From a virus, in IMG/VR virus record IMGVR_UViG_3300017978_000305, positions 10,231 through 74,230 of that record: DNA of 64,000 bases; one strand, written 5' to 3'. The position numbers and the translations under genes were made by a program. The notes beneath the pieces are model-generated. The model was given only the letters and a program-made list of their open reading frames with translations, ran no database searches and was not told where the DNA came from. Position 1 is the stretch's first letter. Each line of letters begins with the position of its first letter. This document shows, in pieces, positions 11,086 through 21,664 of the stretch.

Positions 11086-11538
11086 ATGGCAAACATCCCA
11101 GTACCAGAGCGTGGTCAACCACTAGACCTTACTTATATCTATCAGCTTGCGAACGCTGTAAACCAGCTGTCCCTTCAGTCTGCATATTCTGCTAACAAGT
11201 TTGTTTCAATTGAAACACCAGCAGCAAACGTTGGAAGACAAGACGTTAAGATTACTGACAGCAGAATTGTGGGTGGGTATCAGCAGCTTGCACCTAACAG
11301 TAACGTAACTGCAGGATCATCTGTTGATTTTGCATACAACTTTCCAGGTGCTGACTTTAAGTATCCACCAATTGTCACCGCCACTCCAGTAAATATTTCT
11401 GGCACAGAGGCAGGTAGTGATGTGTCTGTAATTATTAAGCTTATTACTACTTCACGAGTTGAGGGAGTTGTTAAGTTTGGCACTAGCGGAACCGCTTCTG
11501 TTGGAATTAACCTAATCGCTGTAGGTGTGCCTAACTAG
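11086..11538 (+). CDS. Putative tail fibre/tip protein (H-type-lectin-like C-terminus)
   Basis: 150 aa, AGGAG RBS; 'FAYNFPGADFKYPPIVTAT...W/I.AVG' pattern of short tail-fibre tip domains. Confidence 0.4.
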   Translation: MANIPVPERGQPLDLTYIYQLANAVNQLSLQSAYSANKFVSIETPAANVGRQDVKITDSRIVGGYQQLAPNSNVTAGSSVDFAYNFPGADFKYPPIVTATPVNISGTEAGSDVSVIIKLITTSRVEGVVKFGTSGTASVGINLIAVGVPN

Positions 11539-11547
11539 GAATTTCTA

Positions 11548-12078
11548 ATGGCCCTAACAGACATGGAATCCTATAATAATTTGCCAGTAATTCCTGGAAG
11601 TAAAAAGGTTTGGTTTTTGAACGGAAGCTTGGTTCGAGTTCATCATTTAAATAAGTCTAACGGAATCATGTCTGTTTATAATATTACGAAGGACCAGCTA
11701 GAGAGCTGCCTAATATCTGATTTTAAAAAGAGCCGTGAAAGAGCGTATACGGTTGGAGAGACAGCACAGCTGGTAAATCGACACAAAAAGTATCTGCCAA
11801 ATCTCATGAAGCGTGGAATAATTCCACACCCAACTGGATCTCAAAAGGGTGGAGCCACTGGCTGGCAAGTAAGAAGTTATTATTCAGAGTCGCAAGTTAG
11901 AGAGATTCGTGATATACTAGCTTCCTACCATATGGGAAGACCCCGTAAGGATAGGCTAATTACAAATGATATAACACCTTCTCCACAAGAGTTGACACGG
12001 AGAATGGGTGATGGTATACTGACTTATACAAGGACCGAAGACGGTCGATTCATTCCAGTATGGTCTGAATCAATTTAA
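11548..12078 (+). CDS. MerR-type HTH DNA-binding protein
   Basis: 'AYTVGETAQLVNRHKKYLPNLMKRGII...RSYYSESQV' matches the MerR winged-HTH pattern. Confidence 0.6.
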   Translation: MALTDMESYNNLPVIPGSKKVWFLNGSLVRVHHLNKSNGIMSVYNITKDQLESCLISDFKKSRERAYTVGETAQLVNRHKKYLPNLMKRGIIPHPTGSQKGGATGWQVRSYYSESQVREIRDILASYHMGRPRKDRLITNDITPSPQELTRRMGDGILTYTRTEDGRFIPVWSESI

Positions 12079-12095
12079 GAGAAAGAAAAACGGGT

Positions 12096-12305
12096 ATGAA
12101 TAACGAAGACACCAAAGTACGTGTAGCACTAGGCTACACCCTTAATCTGGGTAACTTCCAGTCGCTACGCATTGATCTTGAGGTATCAGACAATAAGCGT
12201 GAAGGCGAGAACACTAATGACGCTTTTGAGCGTGTCTATAAGTTTGTTGAAGACAAGCTTGCAGAAAAGGTAAAGGAAGCTTCCGCTGAGGTAGAGGCAA
12301 AGTAA
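12096..12305 (+). CDS. Hypothetical protein
   Basis: 69 aa ORF in the replication operon. Confidence 0.6.
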   Translation: MNNEDTKVRVALGYTLNLGNFQSLRIDLEVSDNKREGENTNDAFERVYKFVEDKLAEKVKEASAEVEAK

Positions 12306-12614
12306 ATGGCTGAACGCAAAGACCAGATGGCTTTGCTAAGTAAGTTTGAAAAACATTACAAGTTCAAGTACAATGTAAAGCCAAACCTTAATCGCTGGGC
12401 AGAAGCCTGGGCAGCAGATGCAATCATAGATTCTTTTGGTCTGCACAAGTGCTACGAGATGCTGGAGTATTACTTTGACGTACACCCAGCACCAACTTGG
12501 AAACACTTTGCTAATCAGATTGACAGCTTGATTGAATCAAAGAGTCGTCTTGAGGACGACAGCATCGAAAGATTAGAACGAAGAAAGAAAGCAAGAGAGT
12601 GGCTAAGTGGCTAA
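12306..12614 (+). CDS. Hypothetical protein (possible helicase loader)
   Basis: 102 aa, overlaps the helicase start; function inferred from position only. Confidence 0.4.
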   Translation: MAERKDQMALLSKFEKHYKFKYNVKPNLNRWAEAWAADAIIDSFGLHKCYEMLEYYFDVHPAPTWKHFANQIDSLIESKSRLEDDSIERLERRKKAREWLSG

Positions 12615-13827
12615 CGTAGAAGACAGAATAATCTCTGCAGTATTAGAGGATAAGCAGCTTCATGTTTTGTTGCAGGCTAACGTTGAGTCTTTGTTAAAAA
12701 CTCACGGAGACATTTGGCAATTCATTCGCAAGTATGCAGAGCTCAATGGATCTGTTCCACCTACATCTTTGGTTGTAGAAAAGTTTAGAGACTTCTCTCC
12801 TGTCGAAGGTATCGGTGCAACAAAGCATCACCTAGAAGAGCTTCAGGCAGAGTATCTTCAGAATAGCTTAAAGGAAATCCTAGTTTCTGCAGCAACTGAT
12901 GTGCAGAACGGCAAGGGTGTTCAGGTTCTGGAATCTCTTATCACAAAAACATCTGAGCTCAAGAAGAACACGTCTGTTATTCGTGATATCGATGTTACGG
13001 ATCTAGAGTCTGCAGTGGCATACTATGAGCATGTTCAGAAGCAGCAAGAGCTAGGAACTATTGGTATCAAGACTGGGCTTCCAGGATTTGACAACTACCT
13101 TCCTGCTGGCATTATGCCAGGTCAGTTGGGTGTTATGCTTGCTTATCCAGGTATTGGAAAGTCTTGGCTATCTCTATACTTTGCAGTACAGGCATGGAAG
13201 TCAGGCAAGTCTCCTATGGTAATCAGCCTTGAGATGAGCGAGACAGAAGTTCGTAACCGTGTCTTTGCAATTATGGGTGAGGGTCTATGGTCACATAGAA
13301 AGCTTTCCAACGGTCAGATGAATATTGATGACCTAAAGCGTTGGCACGAAAAGACACTTAAGGGCAAGCCAGAGTTCCACATCATTTCTAATGATACTGG
13401 TGGAGATATTACTCCATCTGTATTGCGTGGAAAGATTGACCAGTACAAGCCTGACTTTGTCGTAGTTGACTACTTGCAGCTCATGTCTCCGAATCAAAAG
13501 GCAGACAACGAGACGGTACGTATGAAGAACCTATCTCGTGAGCTAAAGCTTATGGCTATTTCAGAGGAAGTCCCAATCATTGCAATCTCCTCAGCGACTC
13601 CAGACGATGTTACAAAGCTAGATACTGTTCCTACATTGGGGCAGACAGCTTGGTCACGTCAGATCGCATACGATGCTGACTGGGTCCTTGCTCTAGGTCG
13701 TGGAACAAACTCTGACATCATTGAGTGTGTTTTTAGAAAGAATCGTAATGGCTTTATGGGAGACTTCCTGGTTCAGGTTGACTTCGATAAGGGCTGGTAT
13801 CACTATAAAGACTTTGAAGATAAGTAG
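12607..13827 (+). CDS. dnaB: Replicative DnaB-like helicase
   Basis: Walker A 'AYPGIGKS', 'SLEMS', Walker B 'VVVDYLQLM', 'IAYDADWVL', 'KNRNG'. Confidence 0.92.
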   Translation: MANVEDRIISAVLEDKQLHVLLQANVESLLKTHGDIWQFIRKYAELNGSVPPTSLVVEKFRDFSPVEGIGATKHHLEELQAEYLQNSLKEILVSAATDVQNGKGVQVLESLITKTSELKKNTSVIRDIDVTDLESAVAYYEHVQKQQELGTIGIKTGLPGFDNYLPAGIMPGQLGVMLAYPGIGKSWLSLYFAVQAWKSGKSPMVISLEMSETEVRNRVFAIMGEGLWSHRKLSNGQMNIDDLKRWHEKTLKGKPEFHIISNDTGGDITPSVLRGKIDQYKPDFVVVDYLQLMSPNQKADNETVRMKNLSRELKLMAISEEVPIIAISSATPDDVTKLDTVPTLGQTAWSRQIAYDADWVLALGRGTNSDIIECVFRKNRNGFMGDFLVQVDFDKGWYHYKDFEDK

Positions 13828-13839
13828 TTATAATGTTAT

Positions 13840-14166
13840 ATGTTAAATTTGCATCACAAGCCGATCAAAAGGTTTGGCCTAAACGGTAACATTCATGACG
13901 ACTCTGCACTTATCAGATTAAAGGCAGAGTACATTAGGCTTCTAATGACAGAAATGAGACTGACTGGATATGCACCAAGATTTGACATTAACCCAGACTT
14001 TACGATAAGATATAACGAGCAGCAACAATTTTTTGAATTTGAATTAAGTATTTATGGAGTATACGTAGGAAAGAAAAAGAGCGAATGGATATCAGGAATA
14101 GACGAAACAAGACCAATCTTTATACCGCAGAACAAATCAGAAGAGTTCTCGAAGGAGCAGGTCTAA
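13840..14166 (+). CDS. Hypothetical protein
   Basis: 108 aa ORF after a TATAAT box. Confidence 0.55.
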   Translation: MLNLHHKPIKRFGLNGNIHDDSALIRLKAEYIRLLMTEMRLTGYAPRFDINPDFTIRYNEQQQFFEFELSIYGVYVGKKKSEWISGIDETRPIFIPQNKSEEFSKEQV

Positions 14167-15029
14167 GCATACAGTCTGAAGTTGATTCAGACTATATCCT
14201 ATTCTGTCCATTTCACGGCAACCACAGAACTCCAGCAGGAGAGGTTGACAAGGCTACTGGCGTATTCTTTTGCTTCTCTTGCCAACATGTTTGTGATCTT
14301 ATTGAGCTTATTATGCATTCCACTGGCAGAACATACTTTGAGTCTGCACGGTACATAAAGAGCAAAGAGCAAGAGTCTTCAATAGTTGACTCTGTTTCAA
14401 AGCAGCTAGTCTTTAAGCCAGACTACGTTCAATACGACACGTCAATGCTTAACAGGCTTAATCTTCAGGCATTGCAGTCTGACAGGGCAATGTCTTATTA
14501 CTCTGGAAGAATGATTAACAAGTCTTCTGTTGAAAAGTTTAAGCTTGGATATTCTGAAAAGCAAGACATGGTAACCATACCAGTACACTCACCTGACGGT
14601 ATTGAGGTTGGTTTTGTTGGAAGGTCCATTGAGGGCAAAGACTTTAAGAATACTCCAGGACTTCCTAAGAGCAAAGTTTTATTTAATTTACACAGGGTCA
14701 AGTCGTCTAACAGTGTCTACATTGTAGAGTCATCTTTTGATGCTATTAGGCTAGATCAGTGTGGTTTCCCAGCGGTAGCAACCTTGGGTGCAAATGTATC
14801 CAAGTACCAGACAGACCTACTACAAAAATACTTCAATAACATTATAGTTATTGCAGACAATGATGAAGCAGGCGGTAACATGAAAGACAAGATCCTTGAA
14901 AGACTTGGCTCTCGTGCTACTGTTATCAACCTAGATAAACAATATAAAGATATTGGTGACATGGATGACGTTGCGATAAAGTCTTTGGACAAATCGTTTG
15001 ACAAGTCTATTGCTGCCATGCTAAACTAA
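14085..15029 (+). CDS. dnaG: DNA primase (Zn-binding + TOPRIM)
   Basis: 'CPFH...FFCFSC' zinc motif; TOPRIM 'IVESSFDA' and 'IADNDEAG'. Confidence 0.9.
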   Translation: MDIRNRRNKTNLYTAEQIRRVLEGAGLSIQSEVDSDYILFCPFHGNHRTPAGEVDKATGVFFCFSCQHVCDLIELIMHSTGRTYFESARYIKSKEQESSIVDSVSKQLVFKPDYVQYDTSMLNRLNLQALQSDRAMSYYSGRMINKSSVEKFKLGYSEKQDMVTIPVHSPDGIEVGFVGRSIEGKDFKNTPGLPKSKVLFNLHRVKSSNSVYIVESSFDAIRLDQCGFPAVATLGANVSKYQTDLLQKYFNNIIVIADNDEAGGNMKDKILERLGSRATVINLDKQYKDIGDMDDVAIKSLDKSFDKSIAAMLN

Positions 15030-15065
15030 AAAACCAAAATATAAATAAAGTATAAGGAGAATATT

Positions 15066-15722
15066 ATGGGAGTTGTAAAAGGGCTAAAGAATATCAATGC
15101 ACTACTTGATAAGCCAAAGTATGATGAGACCAAGGCCAAGGTTCGTTGGCTAAAGCTTGCTGACGGTCAGTCAGTAAAGATCCGCTTCATTGAGGAGCTA
15201 GACGAGGACAGCCCAAGCTACTCTGAGGAGCGTGGACTTGCCCTAGTTGTTAAGGAGCACACCAACCCAAAGGACTACCGTCGCAAGGCTGTAGACACTA
15301 TGGACACTGAGGGCCGTGACTGGGCAGAAGAGATGCACCGCAAGGACCCTAAGGCTGGTTGGCGAGCACGTATGCGTTTCTACTGCAACGTACTAGTAGA
15401 CGACGGTCTAGAGGATCCATATGTAGCCATCTGGTCAATGGGTGTTAGCAAGCAGTCTGCATTCAACACTATCCGTGAGTATGCAATTGATACTGGTAGC
15501 ATCTCAAACCTTACCTGGAAGGTGAAGCGAAACGGTCAGGGTACCGAGACTAGCTACACCCTCATTCCATCAACACCAGACAACGAGCCATTCGCTTGGA
15601 AGGACATCCGTCCGTTCCCACTAGAGTCTGCTCTTAGCAAGGTACCGTATGCTGAGCAAGAGGCATACTACCTAGGGTTTGACACTCCGTCAAGCTCTTC
15701 GTCTGCAAGCATGGATTGGTAA
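15066..15722 (+). CDS. Single-stranded DNA-binding protein (gp32-like)
   Basis: 'LADGQSVKIRF', 'KRNGQGTETSYTL', acidic/aromatic C-terminus (MDW); between primase and polymerase. Confidence 0.7.
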   Translation: MGVVKGLKNINALLDKPKYDETKAKVRWLKLADGQSVKIRFIEELDEDSPSYSEERGLALVVKEHTNPKDYRRKAVDTMDTEGRDWAEEMHRKDPKAGWRARMRFYCNVLVDDGLEDPYVAIWSMGVSKQSAFNTIREYAIDTGSISNLTWKVKRNGQGTETSYTLIPSTPDNEPFAWKDIRPFPLESALSKVPYAEQEAYYLGFDTPSSSSSASMDW

Positions 15723-15730
15723 AATATTAA

Positions 15731-18700
15731 ATGAGCTACATTGGTCTACATGTCCACACCCACTACAGCCTGTTCGATGGCATCGCTACACCTATAGAGT
15801 ATGTGCAGCGAGCCAAAGAGCTTGGTATGAATGCACTAGCAATTACTGACCATGGCTCTTTGTCAGGTCACCGTGAATTCTACCGTGCTGCTACCGAAGA
15901 GGGCATTAGGCCAATTCTTGGCGTAGAAGGATATATTACCGCTGATAGGTTTGACAAGCGAGACAAGGAAGACCGCAAGGGACTCCTAGATCTTGTTTAC
16001 AATCACATCATCATCCTTGCTAAGAACGACATTGGGCTAGAGAACCTAAACAAGCTTAATGAGATTGCGTGGACCGAAGGTTATTACAAGAAGCCACGTA
16101 TTGACTATGAGGTGCTAGAGAAGTACTCAGAGGGACTAATCGTCCTTTCTGGGTGCCTCTCTGGTGCCCTAGCCAAGGCTATTGAGGCTGAAGAGCTTGC
16201 TGAGGCAAAGCGTATTATTGAATGGCACAAGCGTGTCTTTGGCGATGACTACTATATTGAAGTCATGCCACACAACCCTGCAGAGGTAAACAATCAGCTA
16301 CTTGAGCTTGCAGATGAGTTTGGGGTAAAGGCTGTGGTAACTCCTGACTGCCACCATGCACACACTGGTCAGAAGGAGATTCAAGAGCTAAAGCTAATCC
16401 TTAACACTTACTCTAACAAGGTAGCTAAGGATGCAACCTACGAGAAGTCTCTGCAGTATGACAACCTGATGGACAAGTTAGACTACCTATATGGTGCTGA
16501 CCGCCAGATGTCATTTAACAAGTTTGAGATTCATCTTCTATCTGATGAAGAGATGCACAACGCCATGGGTAGCCAGGGTATTAGTCGTGAAGACATCTAC
16601 GAGCACTCTGTAGAGATTGCTAACAAGATTGACACCTATGACATTAAGGATCACCTAGATCTGCTACCTGCACAATATCAGGATCCAGATGGCGAGCTAA
16701 AGTCTTTGGCACTAGAGGGGCTAGCTGAGCGTGGCCTAGAAGGTAAGCAAGATTACCTAGACAGGCTTGACGAAGAGCTTAAGGTTATTAGTGACAAGAA
16801 CTTTGGACCTTACTTCCTAGTTGTGCGTAACATGATTTCTTGGGCAAAGAAGGAAGGAATCATGGTTGGTCCTGGACGTGGATCAGCAGCAGGCTCCTTG
16901 CTATGCTATGCCCTTGGCATTACAGACATTGATCCAATTGTTCATGGGCTTTTGTTCTTCCGATTTATTAATCCAGAGCGTAACGACTTCCCAGATATTG
17001 ATACAGATATCCAAGACTCACGTCGTGAAGAAGTCAAGGATTATCTAGTTAGACAGTACCGCCATGTTGCATCTATTGCCACGTTCTTGCAGTTTAAGGA
17101 CAAGGGTGTGGTGCGAGACATTGCTCGTGTTCTTAACATCCCTCTATCTGACGTTAACAAGGTTATGAAGGTTGTAGATACTTGGGACGACTACTGCACA
17201 TCTAAGCAGGCTGCTTGGTTCCGTGAGAAGTATCCAGAGATTGAGAGCTATGGAGACCAGCTACGTGGCCGTATTCGTGGCACTGGTATTCACGCAGCAG
17301 GAGTTGTCACTTCTAAGTCTCCTATCTTTAAGTATGCACCTATGGAAACCAGAACTTCGCCAGGTAGCGGAGAGCGTATTCCAGTAGTAGCTGTAGACAT
17401 GGAAGAGGCAGAGCGTATTGGTCTAATTAAGATTGATGCCCTAGGTCTAAAGACACTATCAGTTCTAAGAGACACTCTTGACATAATTAAGGATCGTTCT
17501 GGAAGAGAGATTAATCTTCTTGAGCTAGACATGGAAGACCCTAAGGTTTATGAAATGCTTTCTTCTGGATACACCAAGGGTGTGTTCCAGTGTGAAGCAA
17601 CTCCATACACTAACTTGCTAGTCAAGATGGGTGTAAAGAACTTTGCAGAGCTTGCAGCATCTAACGCTCTCGTACGTCCAGGTGCAATGAATACTATTGG
17701 TAAGGACTACATCCTTCGTAAGCATGGTAAGCAAAACCTAGATTACAAGCACCAGAAGATGAAGTCGTTTACGCAAGAAACCTATGGCTGTATTCTATAC
17801 CAGGAACAGGTCATGCAGGCTTGTACAGAACTTGGCGGTATGACAATGGCTGAGGCTGACAAGGTTCGTAAGATCATTGGTAAGAAGAAGGATGCCAAAG
17901 AGTTTGACCAGTTTAAGGAGAAGTTCGTAAAGGGTGCATCCCAATACCTATCTCCAAACGTTGCAGAAGAGCTTTGGACAGACTTTGAAGCACACGCTGG
18001 ATACTCTTTCAACAAGTCTCACGCTGTGGCTTACTCAACGCTTTCCTACTGGACTGCATGGTTGAAGAAGTACTATCCAATTGAGTTTATTTACTCTATT
18101 CTAAAGAATGAGAAGGATAAGGATGCTCGTACAGAGTATCTAATTGAGGCTAAGCGTATGGGCATCTCCATTCGTCTACCACACATCAACGAGTCAGACA
18201 TTGACTTTAAGATTGAGGGTAAGGGAATCAGGTTTGGCCTATCTGCAATCAAGTATATCTCTGACAACATTGCTCAGAAATACATTGCTCGCAGACCATT
18301 CGCATCCTACAAGGATCTAGAGACCTTTACTTTTGGTAAGGGTAATGGAGTTAACTCTCGTGCCCTGCAGGCTCTAAGACTAGTTGGTGCAGCTACGTTT
18401 GAGGATAATCCTCGTAACGAAGACGAGGTGCGTGAAAACTTGTATGAGTTCCTCAACTTGCCAGAGTTCAACATAGACATTCCTTCACACTACTATGCGT
18501 TTATTAATGACGTAGAGGAGTTTGAAGAGAAGGGGTCGTTCATTCTAATGGGCATGGTTAAGAATATTAAGCGTGGCAAGGGATGGTCTCGTGTTGAGAT
18601 TCTCGACAAGACTGGAAGCGTTGGCATCTTTGATGAAGAGGCTACCAAGATCGAGCCAGGGCACACCTACCTTTTGCTTGCTAGCGATAACAGAATTGTT

Positions 18701-19012
18701 ACTGCTATTCCTGCTGACGAGCTAAAGGGCAACACATCTGCACTTGTAAAGTTCTTGAACTACAAGCAGCTTCCCTACAAGGAAGATGAGATGTATGTGA
18801 TGGCCTTTAAGCCAAGAATTACAAAGGCTGGAAAAAAGATGGCATCATTGACACTGGTTGATGCTGCTAGAGATCTTCATTCAGTAACAGTGTTTCCAAC
18901 TGCCTTCCCAAAGGCATATATGAAGATTCAAGAAGGAAATGCTTACAAGTTTGCATTGGGTAAAACGAAAGATGAAACTATCATTATGGAGGATATAATT
19001 GACAACGATTGA
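15731..19012 (+). CDS. dnaE: DNA polymerase III alpha subunit
   Basis: PHP 'LHVHTHYSLFDG', 'GPGRGSAAGSL', 'PDIDTD', 'YSFNKSHA'; no intein-sized insert. Confidence 0.96.
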   Translation: MSYIGLHVHTHYSLFDGIATPIEYVQRAKELGMNALAITDHGSLSGHREFYRAATEEGIRPILGVEGYITADRFDKRDKEDRKGLLDLVYNHIIILAKNDIGLENLNKLNEIAWTEGYYKKPRIDYEVLEKYSEGLIVLSGCLSGALAKAIEAEELAEAKRIIEWHKRVFGDDYYIEVMPHNPAEVNNQLLELADEFGVKAVVTPDCHHAHTGQKEIQELKLILNTYSNKVAKDATYEKSLQYDNLMDKLDYLYGADRQMSFNKFEIHLLSDEEMHNAMGSQGISREDIYEHSVEIANKIDTYDIKDHLDLLPAQYQDPDGELKSLALEGLAERGLEGKQDYLDRLDEELKVISDKNFGPYFLVVRNMISWAKKEGIMVGPGRGSAAGSLLCYALGITDIDPIVHGLLFFRFINPERNDFPDIDTDIQDSRREEVKDYLVRQYRHVASIATFLQFKDKGVVRDIARVLNIPLSDVNKVMKVVDTWDDYCTSKQAAWFREKYPEIESYGDQLRGRIRGTGIHAAGVVTSKSPIFKYAPMETRTSPGSGERIPVVAVDMEEAERIGLIKIDALGLKTLSVLRDTLDIIKDRSGREINLLELDMEDPKVYEMLSSGYTKGVFQCEATPYTNLLVKMGVKNFAELAASNALVRPGAMNTIGKDYILRKHGKQNLDYKHQKMKSFTQETYGCILYQEQVMQACTELGGMTMAEADKVRKIIGKKKDAKEFDQFKEKFVKGASQYLSPNVAEELWTDFEAHAGYSFNKSHAVAYSTLSYWTAWLKKYYPIEFIYSILKNEKDKDARTEYLIEAKRMGISIRLPHINESDIDFKIEGKGIRFGLSAIKYISDNIAQKYIARRPFASYKDLETFTFGKGNGVNSRALQALRLVGAATFEDNPRNEDEVRENLYEFLNLPEFNIDIPSHYYAFINDVEEFEEKGSFILMGMVKNIKRGKGWSRVEILDKTGSVGIFDEEATKIEPGHTYLLLASDNRIVTAIPADELKGNTSALVKFLNYKQLPYKEDEMYVMAFKPRITKAGKKMASLTLVDAARDLHSVTVFPTAFPKAYMKIQEGNAYKFALGKTKDETIIMEDIIDND

Positions 19013-20009
19013 GGAAGCTCTAGCACAGCTAGACCCTAAGATAAGAAAGCGTCTAGGGCCTGCTGTAGGCATTAAGACAGAATTACAGCCCACACCTAGC
19101 CCAGGCCTTAATCGTGCCTTAGGTGGCGGTTTCCCGTACGGTAGACAGGTATTGCTGTGGGGAAGCAAGTCTAGTGCAAAGTCTTCTTTGTGCTTGCAGA
19201 TGATTGGCATGGCACAGAAGGAAGGCAAGCTTTGTGCCTGGGTAGATGCAGAGATGTCTTACGATGAAGAGTGGGCAAAGAAGCTAGGTGTGGATACCTC
19301 CCAGCTTATTTACTCTGAGGCACGAAGCATTAACGACATGGTTGATGTTGGAGTTGCACTGCTAACTGCTGGGGTAGACATTATTGTCATTGACAGTATT
19401 AGCTCTCTTCTTCCAGCTGTATACTTTGAGAAAGACTCAGATGAGCTAAAGTCATTAGATCAGACCAAGCAGATTGGTGCAGAGTCAAAGGATCTAAAGC
19501 ATGCATGGCTAATGCTTAACTATGCAAACAACCGTGAGAAGCCTGCACTGATTATTGCAATCTCTCAGGCACGCAATAATATCCAGCAGACATATACTCA
19601 GGCTGCACCTACTGGTGGACTAACCACACAGTTTATGTCTTCTACCATTGTTAAGCTATTCTCATCAAGCTCTGACTCTCAGGCCATCAAGTCTAAGATC
19701 CAGGTTGGCGATAAGCTGATTGAGCAAAAGGTAGGTCGCAAGGTGCGTTGGGAAGTCTTAAACTCAAAGACATCAGCTCCTGGAGACAGTGCAGAGTATG
19801 ACTTCTATTACAGAGGTGATTACATTGGCATTGATTCTGTTGGAGACCTTGTAGATACTGCTGAGACTCTAGGCTTTGTCAATAGAACAGGTGCTTGGTA
19901 CTTGTTGCCAGATGGCTCAAAGGTCCAGGGTAGAGACGCATTCGTAACAAAGGTAAAAGAAGACAAAGAGCTATACGACTCACTATACGAAAAGGTTCAC
20001 AGTGTCTAA
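18999..20009 (+). CDS. recA: RecA/UvsX-like recombinase
   Basis: 'LNRALGGGFPYGR', P-loop variant 'GSKSSAKS', 'WVDAE', 'IVIDSI'; TTG start. Confidence 0.88.
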   Translation: MTTIEEALAQLDPKIRKRLGPAVGIKTELQPTPSPGLNRALGGGFPYGRQVLLWGSKSSAKSSLCLQMIGMAQKEGKLCAWVDAEMSYDEEWAKKLGVDTSQLIYSEARSINDMVDVGVALLTAGVDIIVIDSISSLLPAVYFEKDSDELKSLDQTKQIGAESKDLKHAWLMLNYANNREKPALIIAISQARNNIQQTYTQAAPTGGLTTQFMSSTIVKLFSSSSDSQAIKSKIQVGDKLIEQKVGRKVRWEVLNSKTSAPGDSAEYDFYYRGDYIGIDSVGDLVDTAETLGFVNRTGAWYLLPDGSKVQGRDAFVTKVKEDKELYDSLYEKVHSV

Positions 20010-20187
20010 GTATACAGTCTATAATGGTAAGTTTCCTTGCCACACATGTAAGGAAATGGTTAACAGTCTTCGTATGTATGTAGAAACCAAAGAGGTCACA
20101 TGGATGTGCTCTAAAAAGCATATTTCTAGTGTTCTTCTAGTTTCTAAAAAGAATAAGAAAGATTATGAGCGAGAGATCAGAGAGTAA
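20002..20187 (+). CDS. Small Zn-ribbon protein
   Basis: CHTC...CSKKH ligand pattern, 61 aa. Confidence 0.55.
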   Translation: MSKYTVYNGKFPCHTCKEMVNSLRMYVETKEVTWMCSKKHISSVLLVSKKNKKDYEREIRE

Positions 20188-20449
20188 GCGTATTGGTGCT
20201 AAGCAGCACAAGAATTCTGGTCGAAACACAAAGAAGGGTGATGCCTCTTGGGAGAACTTTGTAATTGATTTTAAAGAGTATCCCAAGGGCATGACTGTCA
20301 ACAAAGATGTCTGGGCTAAAGCTGTTACGGATGCCATGCGTTCAAACGCTGACCCAGCAATTGTTTTGGTATTGGGTGAGGGTAACCAGAAGGTTAGGTT
20401 AGCTATCATAGAGTTTTCAATATTAGAGCAATTGATTGATGGTGTATAA
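20165..20449 (+). CDS. Hjc-like PD-(D/E)XK Holliday junction resolvase/nuclease
   Basis: 'SE...NSG...KGD...IDFKE' PD-(D/E)XK spacing; 94 aa. Confidence 0.65.
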   Translation: MSERSESKRIGAKQHKNSGRNTKKGDASWENFVIDFKEYPKGMTVNKDVWAKAVTDAMRSNADPAIVLVLGEGNQKVRLAIIEFSILEQLIDGV

Positions 20450-20457
20450 TTATCTTT

Positions 20458-21096
20458 ATGATCTCATATGAAGAATACAAGGCATCTCAGCCTTTTGTGT
20501 CAAACCAGGATTTTCCAGTTGTTATAGTAAAGGATATCTTCTCTAAGGAGCAGATAGACGCTATTTACAGCATTATTGACAATACCCCAGAAGAGCAAAC
20601 TAGGCTTCAGCCTTGGGCTAGTCACAAGGTCTGGGACGTTTCTCTTGGAAAAGATATTGAAGATAGGATTAATCAGGTAGTTAAGGATAGCCTAGGGGAT
20701 CATCTAGAGCTTAGGATGGACTACTCTTTTGCTAGATACTCTCCAAAGTTTGGATATAAGGCAAAGCTGTTTCCCCACTATGATACCAGGCCTCACCAGA
20801 GAGTAACCTTTGACATACAGCTAAAGGCCTCTGAGCCATGGGGCTTGGTTGTAGAAGATATTGACTACAGCATTGCAGATAACGAAGCTCTTGTTTTTGC
20901 AGGTACTCAGCAAATTCACTGGAGAGAAAACAAGCAGATTGCAGATGATGCAGAAATCGACATGATCTTTTGCCACCTAGAATATGTAAACGATCTTCCT
21001 TTAGATGAGGGCCAGGATCTAATTCTTAGAGACAGGGCAAACTTTTTAATTAACAAAACTGGCATAACCAACATGGAGGAAAAGAATGAAGTCTGA
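20458..21096 (+). CDS. 2OG-Fe(II) oxygenase-like protein (HxD...HWR type) 1
   Basis: 'LFPHYDT' and 'QQIHWRE' facial-triad pattern. Confidence 0.7.
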   Translation: MISYEEYKASQPFVSNQDFPVVIVKDIFSKEQIDAIYSIIDNTPEEQTRLQPWASHKVWDVSLGKDIEDRINQVVKDSLGDHLELRMDYSFARYSPKFGYKAKLFPHYDTRPHQRVTFDIQLKASEPWGLVVEDIDYSIADNEALVFAGTQQIHWRENKQIADDAEIDMIFCHLEYVNDLPLDEGQDLILRDRANFLINKTGITNMEEKNEV

Positions 21097-21664
21097 TGAA
21101 AAGAATTTGATTATAGATAATGTTCTTACAGATTCTGAGATTGAGGCAATATACAATTCCTTGGCTGGATCATATAGGAAATATGTCATGGGGCTTTATG
21201 TTCAGCAGATTTCAGACTTTAGGATGCCAGATGATATTCAGAATAAAATTATTAAGCATGTAGAAGAAATTACTGGGCTTACTGGCTTTGAGCTAGAGTA
21301 TCAGTTCTCTAGGTACGAGCTTTTAGAAGATGACAACTCAAAGAAGCCAAACCTTACCCCACACTATGATGGATTTCCAGAGCCAAGGTTCACCTTTGAC
21401 TATCAAATTAGATCTAGCATTGACTGGCCACTATATGTTGAGGGCAAGGAGTTTGTTCTTAAAGACAACCAAGCCTTAACGTTTAGCGGAACTCATCAGG
21501 TTCACTGGAGGGCACATCATGACTTCCAGCCAGGAGACTTCGTAGAGATGATATTCTGCCACCTATACCTAAAGGATCCAAGCATCAAAAATCCTGAAGA
21601 GCACTTTATGCAAATGAATGAAAAGGTTAAGAAGTTTATTGCGATTGGAGCATCTAATGCCTAG
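21086..21664 (+). CDS. 2OG-Fe(II) oxygenase-like protein (HxD...HWR type) 2
   Basis: 'LTPHYDG', 'HQVHWRA'; clear paralogue of the upstream ORF. Confidence 0.7.
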   Translation: MKSDEKNLIIDNVLTDSEIEAIYNSLAGSYRKYVMGLYVQQISDFRMPDDIQNKIIKHVEEITGLTGFELEYQFSRYELLEDDNSKKPNLTPHYDGFPEPRFTFDYQIRSSIDWPLYVEGKEFVLKDNQALTFSGTHQVHWRAHHDFQPGDFVEMIFCHLYLKDPSIKNPEEHFMQMNEKVKKFIAIGASNA